Part shown: in pieces, positions 1 to 12,694 of the stretch | Layout of the letters: each line of letters begins with the position of its first letter | Position numbering within the stretch: the first letter of the stretch is position 1 | Source: Octopus bimaculoides | Lineage: Eukaryota | NCBI RefSeq assembly: GCF_001194135.2 | Contig: NC_068986.1 | Coordinates: 70,609,288 to 70,673,287 of the forward strand | DNA: 64,000 nucleotides | Reading direction: 5' to 3' | Notes under the pieces: generated by a model | Told to the model about the DNA's origin: nothing | The model's database searches: none | The model's input: only the letters and a program-made list of their open reading frames with translations | Program-made: the position numbers and the translations under genes

Positions 1-184
1 AATACCACAAGGCACTTTGTTCAGTTCTCCAGTGATTCAAGGCAGTCTGTATGCAACTGTCTACATTCATATACAAAATTCTCCTTGTAAATTAAACAAT
101 ACATGAAGGCAAATCTCCCATCATGGCCTCAACAATGCAATGGTTTTTATTCTTTTGTTCTTTTACTTATTTTTTTAAGCCTAG

Positions 185-335
185 TACTTATTCTATTGGT
201 CTCTTTTGCCGAAATACTAAGTTACAGGGACATAAACACACCAACACCGGTTGTCAAGTGGGGGAACAAACACAAAGACACACACGTAGATATATACATA
301 CAGCAGGCTTCTTGGTGGCTTGATGGGGGACAAAT

Positions 336-372
<37 letters not shown>

Positions 373-495
373 NNNNNNNNNNAGGCTTTGGTCAGCTTGA
401 GGCTATAGTAGAAGACACTTGCTCAAGGTGCCTTGCAGCAGGACTGAACCTGGAACCATGTAGTTGGGAAGCAAGCTTCTTACCACACAGCCATG
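185..495 (-). mobile_element. SINE (tRNA-derived head, internal microsatellite), broken by an assembly gap
   Basis: Contains GGCTATAGTAGAAGACACTTG and GTACTTATTCTATTGGTCTCTTTTGCCG blocks that recur, for example, near 8890-9035, 11660-12260, 14480-14560, 15205-15590, 36165-36320 and 58080-58450. Confidence 0.8.
373..382. other. Assembly gap (10 N) after a (CA)n tract
   Basis: Ns in the sequence. Confidence 1.
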
Positions 496-2266
496 CCTAC
501 ACCTGCAAAGTATTATCCTTTATATTTGCAGAAGTAACATTAACCAAAAACAAAATCATTTAATCTAGTTACTCCACTGATCAACTTGTGATTTCAAATG
601 CAATCAACACTAACCAATGCACTCCCTCTTCTGTGCTACAGTGATATTGACACTGCTCTAAGTTATACAAGACTATTTTTTAACTATAAATTAGTAGAGA
701 AAGGCAGCGCCCATGATCTATTACAGGACCTCTGAGACAGGTGAGAAGAAAGTATCCTCAAACCACTGACCTGGCCTGATTGTGTGCAACAGAGTGAATT
801 CTGCTAAAGGAATGCCAGTTGCCAGGTACAAGTGTTAAACTGGGTTACAGATTAAATTTACTACCCACGTAGGATCTGGTGAGATTTGAACTCAGAATGC
901 AAAAAACCAAAACAAATATTTCATCTGATGCTCTAACATTTCCACTAGCCTCCCTCCCTATGCTAGTACTAGTATGAAAGGCAATGTTGACCTCAGTAGG
1001 ATTTGAACTCAAAACACCAAGTGCTGGAATAAATACCACAATGCGTTTCATCCCATATCACAACACACACATGCACACATGTATGTTTGTGTGTGTGTAT
1101 GTGTGTGTGCATTTATCTAGATATTAGTCAGTAACTATCACTTGTAAAGCAGTCACACTCACAGTTGTGAATGTATATATGTATTATTGTTTCCAATCTT
1201 CCATGGAAACATGTCAGGTCATTGGGAAATATCACTTTGCTGGCTTGTTTCAGGGTTGATGACAAGAAGGGCACAGGTGCATAGCTTTGAACACTACTCA
1301 CCTCGCCCCTCACCCCTTCCTCCATTGATCTTTGTACTGAGTCTATGTCAGCATCACTTTAGTGTCTACTTTTCCATGCTTGCATGGGTCAGACAAAATT
1401 CATTGAGGTAGATTTTCTATGAGTGATGCTAACATAGACTCAGTACAAAGATCAATGGGTGGGGTGAGGTGAGATGAGGGGGAGGGTCAGTATTCAAAGC
1501 TATGCACCTCTGCATGCACATATGCTTTACAACTCGTACCTAAAAAATTAAATGCATGCAGATGAAATCTGATACATTTTATTGAAGAAATTTGAGCAAT
1601 GCTTGCTTAGATCTGATTGCTTGTATAGATGTGCATATATTTTACAAAGAAAGACAAAATTTCTATTCACAGCAAAAAAAATTGGAGGGAAAATTGCAGT
1701 GGTGGGGGAGATTTATATCCGGGGACGATGCTTATCAGAGAATAGTATTTTCAGAATAACCTTTTTCGTCTTTAACAGATGAGAAACAAAAATATAAGGG
1801 AAAAGAATGAGAGAAAATAATGGAAAATGTAATAGCGAAAGTAAGAGAGACAAACAAGTAGATAGACAAATAGATAAATAGACATGCATAGACACTGATA
1901 TATAAGAGGAAGAATTGCAGCTGGTGGCAAAACCTATGATAGTATGGGGAAAAAAACAACTATGTAAATTGATGACCATCAAGATAATACACTAGACACA
2001 CACACAAGCTATGTCAAGAAGATTGTAACTTGTATACTGACAAATATAGATGTACATGCAGATATATTGGACAAGACAGAATTGATGCACTAGTTCAGAT
2101 AGACAAACTTAAAATCAAGACAAGAGAGAATAGACAGACATATTGGTAGGATATATAGATACATTAGTTATTTCAACACATACCTTAGTTTAACATACAC
2201 CAAAAGTAGTTCACAAATTTCTGTAGCCCCTTTCAAACACAGGCATTTTACAAAGCCCATTACCTC

Positions 2267-2304
<38 letters not shown>

Positions 2305-2499
2305 TGCACACACACACACACACACACACACAATGAGCTTCTTTCAATTTTTGTCTCCCAAATCCATTCACAAGGCTTTCATTGGCCTGGGGCTATAGTA
2401 AAAGACACTTGCAGAAGGTGCCAAGCAGTGAGACTAAGCCCAAGAAGGGAAAAAGCTCCTAGACCTCACAGTTATGTCTGCATTAACTCTCATCTGTGC

Positions 2500-2665
2500 A
2501 TCCAAAACTATCATCAAGAAGTTGCCTTAATAATTCAGAATGAAGTCGTTGATCTTGCTGAGAACACTGTGGATTCAAAAGAGTCTCCTCTGCCAGTTTG
2601 TGTACCGTAGATGTGTAGGTGTTTGCAAGGTCCAACCACAAAACTACCAGATCTCCTTTGCTTTT
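2500..2665 (-). mobile_element. Non-LTR retrotransposon RT fragment, HERO/R2-superfamily-like
   Basis: KGDLVVLWLDLANTYTSTVHKLAEETL, then frameshifted HSVLSKINDFILNY*GNF; resembles the KGDLAVLWLDLANAYGSIPHKLV motif as I recall it from HERO-clade RTs. Confidence 0.6.
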
Positions 2666-4835
2666 CTTCTTTTAAGAACTGATAAAAATGAGATTATAGT
2701 GGAGTCCTTTCAGAGGAACAGTTGAAGCAGAAAGCTATTGTTGGGAAAGTGGCAATAGTGTATTCAGGCTTGGGCTATTTTCTATCTTGACATATTATAT
2801 ATGCCAAAGGAAAAGAGTGACATCTCCAAAAAGAAATCTATGCAAGTACAGGGGAAGTTCTACTGACCACAAACTAGCTAAATATAATTACTTAGTTAAA
2901 ATTTGCATCACACTTTAAAACTTTGAATTTATTAGATTATACTTTTAACACATAATACTCCTTACTAGGTCGTGCAGTCATTATGACTCAGTTCATTTAT
3001 AAGAGGCCATTTTTCTGTGCAGTTTAAAGGAAAAATATTTAACTGTCTTATACATGGCTAGATGCTTTTATCTTGTAGTTCACATGCTATAATTTACCAC
3101 ACCCTAACAAACCACAAAAAGTCCATTACAATTATTTTATAAATATTATTAATAAACACCAGGTGTTCAAGTATGGAGCTTTGCTTGTTGTAGACTAGTG
3201 TTAGCAACAATATATTTACAATATATCAATATATTTATAAATATTGATATAGGCAAAACATGCTGTGGCATATACATGAGAAGAAACTGTGGTAGGTAAG
3301 GGAGATACATTAACCAATAATAGTATGTATAAATATGGAGATTAAGGGTTGGGGTGGGCAGTCTCCAACAGTATTTCTTAAGAGTAACTATCAAGATAAT
3401 GGAAGCTTTCAAGGGAGGGCATTGAGAAAGATTTATCGAAATTAGTGGAGAGCGTAGAGATAGCTGGATGCACTAGGAGAAAAAAGTGCTTCATGGAGAA
3501 TTAAGCTAATGAAATTTATGAGACTAAGGATGTTAAGTAGGAACGGGAGAAAGACTAACATGACTAAATATCTGTTAGATAGAAAGAAAGAAGTTACAAG
3601 GTGACTTTTTATAGAGCAGCACCATCATCATCATCATTTAACATTGGTTTTTCATGCTGGCTTGGGTTGGACGGTTTGACAGGAGCTGGCCAGTTGATGA
3701 GCTACTCAGGTTCCATGTTTGTTTTGGCATGATTTCTATTGCTGGATGCCCTTCCTAACACTAACCACTTTGCAGAGTGTACTGGGTACTTTTACACAGC
3801 ACCAGCTAGGATACTTATACTTGGCACCAGCACGGGTGCTTTTTTTGTGGCTCCAGCACCCATGAGCCCACAAGATTAGGATTGTTCAGCTGAAGAGAGA
3901 TGTAGGGGACATGCCCTATGCAACGACAACCACAATTTTATTTAGTTTGATGTATCTTCTCAAGTACAAAATCTGAAAAAAGTTTGTGAAGGGCACACAA
4001 GATACATAGTATAAATTTAATGGAATCAAGAGGCAGAGAGAACTTTTTAACCAAGGAACAGTTATCTAAGAGAGAGATGGTTAAATATATAAACAAGTGT
4101 TAGTGTTGTAAGGTGGGGGAGCAAAATAGCAATGGATGAGCTATCTAATTTTCTCATGTCCCATCAGTAAGTGAAAACTCTATAGAAATGGCTTGGCTAC
4201 AGTGAAAGAGAAAGGAAGTGGGGACTATGAACATCCAGCTTTTAATGAAGATTTACGTTGATGAAAGTATATATTTGTGTGTGTGTGTGTCTTAGTGTCT
4301 GAAAGAGACATGTATCTTATGCTTCTACACAGTTCAAAGATTTGAGCAAAGTCAACTCCAACATCAGGACTTATTTCATGCAAACATGAAGGCACACTTT
4401 CCTCCAAATGAAAACATGACCTGTCATTGTGGTTTTGTGGCACAGAGTAAAGCAGGCCTTCCCATCCACTCTAGAAAGCATGTAGTAAATGATCCAGAAG
4501 CACTCAAGCAAACTGCATCCTCAATTTGTTCCATATGCAAAAAGGTTTGCAAGGCACCAGCAGACCTCATGACACTCATGTGTATCCAAAGAACATAATT
4601 ACTGCTTTCTTTTACTGAACCCTCATTTGCTATTTACGATGAAAGAATCTACCATTTGTGTTTTCCATTGGAATTATTTAAGTTTTTTCCTTTGCAAAAT
4701 TCAAGCAAAGTAGCAAGACTCTTTTGCTTAAGTCAAGACAGACAGCTCTTGAAGTCTGTGGTATTCTGAATTGGTTTGTAAGTATATGTATGTGTGTGGA
4801 TAAACTTGATAAGAATAAATGAGCATTACCATTAC

Positions 4836-5600
4836 TCAAATGATTTGTTTATTTCCAGGCTTCCATGCAAAAAAATTATGTTTAGTTATGGAGAATATTA
4901 CCTTGTTTGGAAAAGGGTGAAGGCTAATGGATGACAAGAATGCCATGTTGAATAGCCACGTTGAGTCGTTCCATTTGTTGAACATAAAGTTCTGTGTTGA
5001 CTGTTTGGTTCCATTCAAGCAATTCATAATGAATAATCCCTTCCTAGTCCCACCATACACACAACATTGTTTTACGCGAATGAAGATCTTGTTTCACGTG
5101 CTGTGTCGCTTGTTTACCAGGGCTAAGCCATTCCTTACGCTGCTTCATATTGATGTACAAGCACCATTTTTCGTTGCCAGTAACGATTCGGTAAAGAAAT
5201 TGTTGCTTGTGTCCATGAGTTGAGCAGTGATGAGCAAGCAAACCAGTGGAGATTGTGACTCGTTAATTTTTGTTGTTGTCACTTAAAGCATGCGGAACCC
5301 ATGCTCCATACTTCTGAACCTTTCCCATCGAGTGAAGATGCTTCTCTATAGCAGTGTGGGAGCATTCCATTTTCTCTGCCAATTCTCTTGTTATTTGACA
5401 AGAATTTTCGTGCAAAAGTTGGTTTAATCGCTCTTCATTGAACTCGACTGGACGGCCAGAATGAGGTGCATCTTTGGGGTCAAACTTTCCATTTGCATCC
5501 TCCTTCACAATTGCTGGCCTTGTGCCAAAATTTGAAATCAATATGAACTGTGAAAATGCATTTTGTTAAAATTCCATTGAGTTATCAAAGCAGTTTTTCT
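4836..5600 (-). mobile_element. Decayed mariner transposase
   Basis: ORF-track fragments DAPHSGRP...WVPHAL, IVTGNEKW and KTMLCVWWD in different frames; the 5' end is interrupted by a SINE 3' tail (CTGGCCTTGTGCCAAAATTTGAAATC). Confidence 0.9.
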
Positions 5601-6002
5601 AATAAAAACAAGCACTTGAACTTTCAATATATTAGGAAAATATCTTTAATTTCTTTTGTAATATTCTCTTTTATTGAGAAAAATGAATCATTCTGATTTG
5701 ACTTTTTAAGAATTTAGTTTTTATAACAGACTGTATTGAATGTAATTTACCTATTTAAACATACGTAAAATGTATGTGAAGTTATTTTTCGTGCATATCC
5801 AGTGTTTGTATAAAAGTCGTTGCTTATTTTTTATTTTGCTTGGAGCCAAGCTTCTGCCAAGTGTCTGTGTAAAAATCATTGCTTTTTTTGTAATTTTATT
5901 TGGTGCTAAGTTTCTGATAAAGTCCTGAATGTTAGATTTTTCTCTTCAAATTGTTTGATTATTGAAATGATTAAAATTGTTGAAATCTTTTTTATATTTC
6001 AG

Positions 6003-6083
6003 TTCAAAATTGAATATGACATCTTTCCATCCGTTTTCACAGCTATCTTCCAGGATTTGAAAATAAAACCTCCAGACTATCAA
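6003..6083 (+). CDS. Divergent actin-related protein, internal coding exon A (upstream exons not found in window)
   Basis: tttcag|TTC...CAA|gtaaga; 81 nt, phase 0/0; encodes FKIEYDIFPSVFTAIFQDLKIKPPDYQ, which aligns with the actin region [22 protein letters not shown] and joins in frame to exon B. Confidence 0.85.
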
Positions 6084-6468
6084 GTAAGAAATTACAACCT
6101 TCCTTTGCTAAATGAGTGAAAATTTATGTAAACTATAATTTGTTTTATGTTATCGTTAGGAATTATATCATTGCTTGATAACAATGAGTAGGAATTAGAT
6201 CAACACATAATGAAGATAAATTTTAAACTATCAAAAGCCACATTGTTCATCAGTGTAATGTTTTTATCATTTTCTAGAGGATACATCTTCATAATTCTAT
6301 AAGTTACAAAACAAACATTTAGGCAGCATTTACTCAGAATCAAATGGTAGAGTTATGTGCTGCTTGCATCTGTTTACAAAAAGCAATCTATATTCTCTCC
6401 TACCACTTAAAAGAATATGTGTGTGTGTATTGATTGATAATGTACAAGTATAGGTGTGTATGTATATA

Positions 6469-7800
6469 CAGGGTGTGGAGTATTCATTTGCTTGATGACT
6501 GTCTCAGGAAAAACTAAAACAATGTTTTTATTTTTTTGTGATATATTCATCAAATTTGAGTCAGTTTGTCTTCATGACATGTTCTGTCAATCTCACTCAA
6601 TGAACCCACTTTTGATTTTGATGACAGCCCCCAGGCAACCTTAGAACTGGCTACAGGTTTTCGTCACTATCTCCCATTTTAGACCCTTGAAGGCCCTGAT
6701 AATCCTGGTCCTCGGCTTACCTCTCATGCTGCAACTAAATTTGTTGGTCTCTCATTCCACTGTGCCTCACACAAACAAGTTGCGTAGGTTGCAGTCAGGC
6801 AAGTTGGGAGGCCAAATGTCAGGTGCTGTATGATTGAAGAAATTATCCAACAACCAGGACTAGGTCTTCCAGCTGATGTGGCAGGGCACAGAGCTTTGCT
6901 GCCATATGTACAGCCTCGCTGCAGCTACCCAGTCAATCCAGAACTTCACTACCTCGCTCATATCACAGATGTAGCCATCAGTGTTCAGCCTGAGGCTCTC
7001 AGAGAAGAAGTGGGGTAGCATGGTGTCACCTTCACTACTGACAACACCAAAGTTCATGATTGTCACTGGAAATTCCATCTGCATGACTCTGAGCACGTCC
7101 TTGGGTGAGACAGAAAGCTACCTATTATTCTGTGAGTTGATCTTCTGGTGTTGGCTGAAATTCTTCTCATCAGAGAAGAACCACAGCATGTCTAGCTCCA
7201 GTGAGTGTTTCAACTTGATCAGCTTCTTGGTGTGCTTCAGTTGCTTTTCCTGCATTGCCTTGGAAAGAAATTGTCCCTTCTTCATCTTGTATGAAAAGTA
7301 GTGAATGTTCTCATGCACCACCTGCCTGATGAGCTTTTCATTCACACCTTCCTTCCAGGTGGTGGCATGCATCAGCTTGCTGAGATCATTGTTGATGACC
7401 TCCTGGATTTCAGTGACAAATTCCAGCATTCTGATAGCATTAGATCATCAATTATGAGCTTTCCTCTCTACTGTCACCTCGTAGTTGAATCCTGAATCTT
7501 CCGACTTCTTTCTGACCTCTTTCACCATCCTTCGATTGTTGTTGAGGAAGAGTGCAACGTTACATAATCGGGCTGTTATCTAATACTTTGTTGAACCCTT
7601 AGCATGAAACTGATTAGCTATAATAGATATGTAATTCTGTACACTTTGATTAATATATATACATATATATATATATTTCTCTCACAACTGAAACAGTGTT
7701 GCTGTTTCACACAGGCATCCAGAGAAGGTTCACCAACTGATTAGTATAAAGTTACTCACAAACACTCACAGCCTGGTTAATACAGGTTGATAACACATTT
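6469..7800 (-). mobile_element. Decayed maT (DD37D) Tc1/mariner element
   Basis: WFFSDEKNF...NSQNNR, FGVVSSEGDTMLPHFF, WQQSSVPCH...WPPNLPDCN; 37 residues between the 2nd and 3rd catalytic positions; left end TA|CAGGGTGT at 6467-6476. Right end not resolved. Confidence 0.85.
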
Positions 7801-7974
7801 ATATCCTGATAATACCCAGTGGATGCCCAATTTCATGCAGACCTAATGAACTCACTGCATAATTCAATACCCAACTATTATTCCTTGATGTATTGATGTG
7901 AAAGACAGAGGTGGGTTTCGAAACATTAAAGTATTGAAAGCTATCAGTTGCTGAACTGTATTTAAAACTATCTC

Positions 7975-8530
7975 TCTAGCTTGTGTTCAGTGTGTGTGTG
8001 TAGAAGGGAATTGTCTAATGCCTATGTTATCAGGCAAATTAATCTTCAGTATGTCAGATTATATAGACAAAATGAGTCACTTGAAGTTTATATTCCTGAA
8101 TTATACCCACCATCAAGTATCAACCATACTCTGGACATCTTACTTCCTTGGGTATGGACACATTATTAACCATCTTTCCAACAACAACCTTTGGGTACCA
8201 TTTTGGATTCTGTATTTCTGACACTCATTGACATGCTTACAAAATCAGACAACACAGCATCCATGACTTCCAGAGGCATTTTTTCACACTCAGAGTTGCT
8301 GAAGCATGGAATAAACTACCCACATCAGTTGTTATCTATCAGGACACTACATCCTTCAAAACTTCCAAGCTTCTTGAAATTCACCAACAGTACACCTGAT
8401 GCCCCTAACCCCCATATTTTCTTTTTAATAGACATCTGCTGTTCACTTCTTGTGCATATTCTTTGTACTGTTCATGCAGTTTTGGTTTGTTTTTTTTCTG
8501 ATGAGTTGTAGTACACCTGAGCACTGTATA
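7975..8530 (+). mobile_element. CR1/L2-like LINE 3' fragment
   Basis: RHFFTLRVAEAWNKLPTSVV...SFKTS C-terminal motif; related to 37560-38400. Confidence 0.75.
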
Positions 8531-8858
8531 TGATAAGTTCTTTATATATTACAAATATCTTAACCATTATATGAAGTTACAGTCATTCTTGAGTTAGAGA
8601 TTAAACCAAAACCCATTATGTCTCAATTTGTCTGAAAAAAATTCAGAGAATCTGTAGTGTATTAGAAACTGTGTTCGAAAGTAACACCAAATTTTTTAAA
8701 TTCTTTACCTGAATTAAATCTAGCCAACAATGGCAAGAACATAAGAGTGGCATCTATATCTCATGAATCTGTGGAATATTTTATGAAAGAGAAACCAAGG
8801 TTATAAAAGAGAAAAATAAGAAGGGGGCAAACACAAACGTAGACACAAAGACAAACTC

Positions 8859-8890
<32 letters not shown>

Positions 8891-9167
8891 GATGGGATTC
8901 TTTCAGTTTCCATCTACCTAATCTACTCACAAGGCTTTGATTGACCCGGGGCTATAGTAGAAGACACTTGCCCAAGTGCCATGCAGTAGGACTGAACCTG
9001 GAACCATGTTAGGAAGCAAACTTCTTAGCACACACCCACCACAATTTTTATAATTACAATATATTTTTAAAGAATATTTCATTATTTATATGAGTCCAAT
9101 TTGATTATTTTGTATCCATTTTTTTTTTCACAATAGTCTATAACATGTTTCTGTCTTTATTTTAAAG

Positions 9168-9360
9168 GTCATGCTGGTTATGCCTTTGAATATTAGTAAA
9201 AAAGATAAGGAAAATATTATGAAAATATTGATGAACCGGTTTCATGTACAAGGAGTGTGTATGGTAACCCAAGCTGTCACAGCTCTCTATTCCTACAAAT
9301 CCAAATCTGGTATAATGGTTGATATTGGTGAAAGACTGGAGGTTATTCCTATTTATGATG
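9168..9360 (+). CDS. Divergent actin-related protein, exon B
   Basis: tttaaag|GTC start; VMLVMPLNISKKDKENIMKILMNRFHVQGVCMVTQAVTALYSYKSKSGIMVDIGERLEVIPIYD aligns with actin VLLTEAPLN...[31 protein letters not shown]. The 3' boundary needs a GA donor (see findings). Confidence 0.9.
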
Positions 9361-9790
9361 GAAAGTAACATTTTTTTATTATACTATCCTTTTATTATTC
9401 ATATGTTAATTGTATGTTAAGTTGTATGTCTTTAACCCTTTAACATTTAAACTGGCTATATCCAACCAAAATAATCTATTTGTTTTATCTTCAAACTGGC
9501 CAGATCCAACCTCTCACACTTACCCTACAATATTATTCTAAAAATAAATAATCACATCATTGAAATCTCAAAGCTTCAAGGTAAAGCATGACTAATTCCA
9601 ATCAGTGTGAATAAATAAGTATTACATTTGATACAGAAATCTGAATGTGAAGGAGTTAGATATTTTACTCTGACAAAACAATATTCTATGAGGTTTGAAC
9701 CCTAACCCTTTTGATACCAACTTACCTGAGCCCACCCCTGGTTCTATTATACAAATTTCCTGTTTTAAAGTGTTCTAAATTAAAACCTTC

Positions 9791-10095
9791 CATCATCATC
9801 GTCGTTTAACGTCCGTTTTCCATGCTAGCATGGGTTGGACGATTTGACTGAGGACTGGTGAAACCGGATGGCTACACCAGGCTCCAATCTGATTTGGCAG
9901 AGTTTCTACAGCTGGATGCCCTTCCTAACGCCAACCACTCAGAGAATGTAGTGGGTGCTTTTACGTGTCACCTGCACGAAGGCCAGTCAGGCCAGTACTG
10001 GCAACGGCCACGCTCAAGATGGTGCATTTTATGTGCCACCTGCACAAGAGCCAGTCCAGAGGCACTGGCAACGATCGCGCTCGAAAATCCTAAAA
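9791..10095 (-). mobile_element. RTE-derived 3' end / SINE with (GAT)n tail
   Basis: Near-identical reverse complement of 61545-61835 and similar to 50760-51100; shorter copies near 3620-3870, 10537-10770, 13020-13250, 16250-16410, 32600-32830 and 34540-34900. Confidence 0.85.
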
Positions 10096-11541
10096 TTTCA
10101 TATTAATTTATGCTCCTAATTCCAGTTAAATAATGACAAAGTTGTTTTATTAACTTCATTATTTTCAAAATTAATTGAAACAAAAGCATTGTATATCATC
10201 AGATATATGATAATAAAAGGGTTAAGAGAGAGTTTTAAATGAGTGCAAGTAAAAAAAAAAGTGATTAGGGACCCAACTATAAAAGTTCAGTACATTTTTA
10301 GACATGAAGCAGCAATATTAGGATTGCTTTATCGACAAAAATGTAAAATCTCACTAATGGAAAGAGCTTTCATTACTCCTACAATATGTAGATTTACATA
10401 TGCTTGTATACTGAGTTGAAAAAAGTAACATTTTTAATGTTGAATTCTTCTGAGATTTCATAATGATAAAGTTTATATTGCAATGTCACACATCTTAATA
10501 GTTGTTTATTTAATAAGAAGAATTTTGAATTAATCCATCATCATCGTCCTCATTTAACATCTATTTTCCATGCTGGCATGGATTGAAAGGTTTGACAGGA
10601 ACTGGCAAGCGAGAAGACTGCACCAAGCTCTGTTGTCTGTTTTGGCATGGTTTCTACAGTTGGGTACCCCTCCAAATGCCAACTATTTTGCAGAGTGTAC
10701 TGAGCGCTTTTTGCATGACACCAGCACTGATGAGATTGCCAAATAACTTGAAAAACAAGACCCCCTTCACCTAGCAAGCTGAGAATGGCATTGAGGGAGG
10801 TGGATTTGTGTCAGATGATGAGAGGTGAGAGCATGAATAGGACAGAAATAGGAGGAGAAACATAGCTAGCTCAGCAGGAGCAAGAGAGGAAAGAGAGAAA
10901 GAGCAAAGATGGTGAAGATGGAGCAGGTGGTGACAGATGGAGTCCACTTAAGTTACAGGGTGGTGTACATAAATGAAATGGAAGCAAAAATTGAATAAGT
11001 TGAATGGGATGGATAAGTTCAGGAGATTGCAACGAAAGGAAATTGGGAGGCAGAGGGAAGGAAATGTAGTGTGAGTGGACACAAATAGAGAGAGAGGGGG
11101 GTGTTAAGAGGATATGTTGTAGGGGAGAGATCCAATTGTGTGCAAGTGGGTCTACAAGGGTGCAAAGGGAGAATGAGAGATAGAGGGGACAGGGAATACA
11201 GAGAGAGAGATGTACTTAGGTGGTTGGTTGGTTAGGGTGGAGAGAGGTTTGTCAGGGACAGGTTGTGTGTTGGAGCATGAACATGAGTGACATGCCTTTA
11301 TGGCCTCAATCCATAAAAAAGAATTTATAACAGCTTGAAATGTTGAATGAAGCATGACTTTCACAGTCTAATTTTTAAAGTTATTTTTAGATTGATGTGG
11401 GAAGGGAGGACAATTTTAAGCTGAAATTAACTGAACAGATGGAAATATTTTCAACTTTACTGAAAACATGTATCAACTAAATACAGCAATATATGTGAAT
11501 GTTTATGAGTGTATTTGTATACACTCATACAAAGAAATATG

Positions 11542-11545
<4 letters not shown>

Positions 11546-11596
<51 letters not shown>
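11546..11596. repeat. (TA)n microsatellite
   Basis: About 25 TA units; other (CA)n/(TG)n/(TA)n tracts near 337-372, 2270-2332, 14103-14145, 31080-31940 and 36420-36900. Confidence 0.95.
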
Positions 11597-11598
<2 letters not shown>

Positions 11599-11775
11599 GT
11601 CCAACCCATGGAAAGCGGACGTTAAACGATGATGATGATGATATATATATACATACATACATACATACACTGGGTGGCACCTTGGGCAAGAGTTTTCTAC
11701 TATAGCTTTGGGCCAACCAAAGTCTTGTAAGTGGATTTGGTAGATGGAAACTGAAAGAAGCATGCCATATATATA

Positions 11776-11994
11776 CACAAGGAAATGCTGAAAAGTTCCT
11801 GGCTTTGAGTAAAAGAAAATATAGAAGGATCAGATAGTTATGATTTTATTCAACATATTCCCCTCTAAGATTCATACACTTATTGCATTGGTCCTTCAGT
11901 TTTTCTAAGCCTTGTAAAAGAACTCGGAAGATTAGGCCTCTTACCAGGCTTTTCATGATACTCTTAAAGCCAGGAACTTTTCAGCACCCCCTCG
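11776..11994. mobile_element. Mariner-type MITE with about 30-bp TIRs and TA target duplication, nested in a SINE
   Basis: Left ...TGCTGAAAAGTTCCTGGCTTT; right AAAGCCAGGAACTTTTCAGCA...CCCTCG; TA at 11774-11775 and 11995-11996; SINE 11660-12260 continues on both sides. Confidence 0.85.
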
Positions 11995-12670
11995 TATAAA
12001 TGTGTGTGTGTAATATATATATATATATCAATGAGTGTGTCTTTGTGTCTGTATTTGTACCCCACCACTGCTTGACAACTGGTGTTGGTGTGTTTATGTT
12101 CCAGTAACTTAGTGGCTTGGTGAAAAAAACGATAGAATAAGTGCCATGCTTAACAAAATAAATAAGTCTTGAGGTCAATTCATTTGGTTAAAAAGTCATC
12201 AAGGTTGTGCCCCAGCATGGCCACAGTCTAATTACTAAAACAGATGAAAGATAAATGATAAAAGAATTCACACAGGGTAGTAAATTCCTGAGTAAGTCAT
12301 GAAATGAATCAATTGATTTAAAGTACATGTGTGAAACAGAAACCTGTCTGAGCTTAACATGACTGTGGCACTCATAAATATCTGTCTCAAAGACACTGGG
12401 ACAAAAGAATTGATCTTTATTTCTATATTTCATTTAATATAAGCTAGTATGTAAAATAGGGTTGGATCCAGATATAGTAAGACATGAGAAGGATGGTGAA
12501 GGAAGAAAGAGGTGGGGGAGTTGTTCAAAGGTGCAGGTTGAACAAGGGAAATTGAGAGTTAGGAGAAAGATACATCTGAAACCAGATACCATGAAAATTT
12601 CATGTCAGATTGGGGAATGATAAGTGGGTGTAGCTGTTGGCACTTGCTACTCCTTACTGTTTTTTTTTTT

Positions 12671-12694
12671 NNNNNNNNNNNNNNNNNNNNNNNN
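12671..12694. other. Assembly gap (24 N)
   Basis: Ns in the sequence. Confidence 1.

Noticed and set aside
9365-9366. Canonical GT as the exon B donor
   Set aside because: It adds 4 nt and causes a stop in exon C, breaking an otherwise intact actin-like frame.
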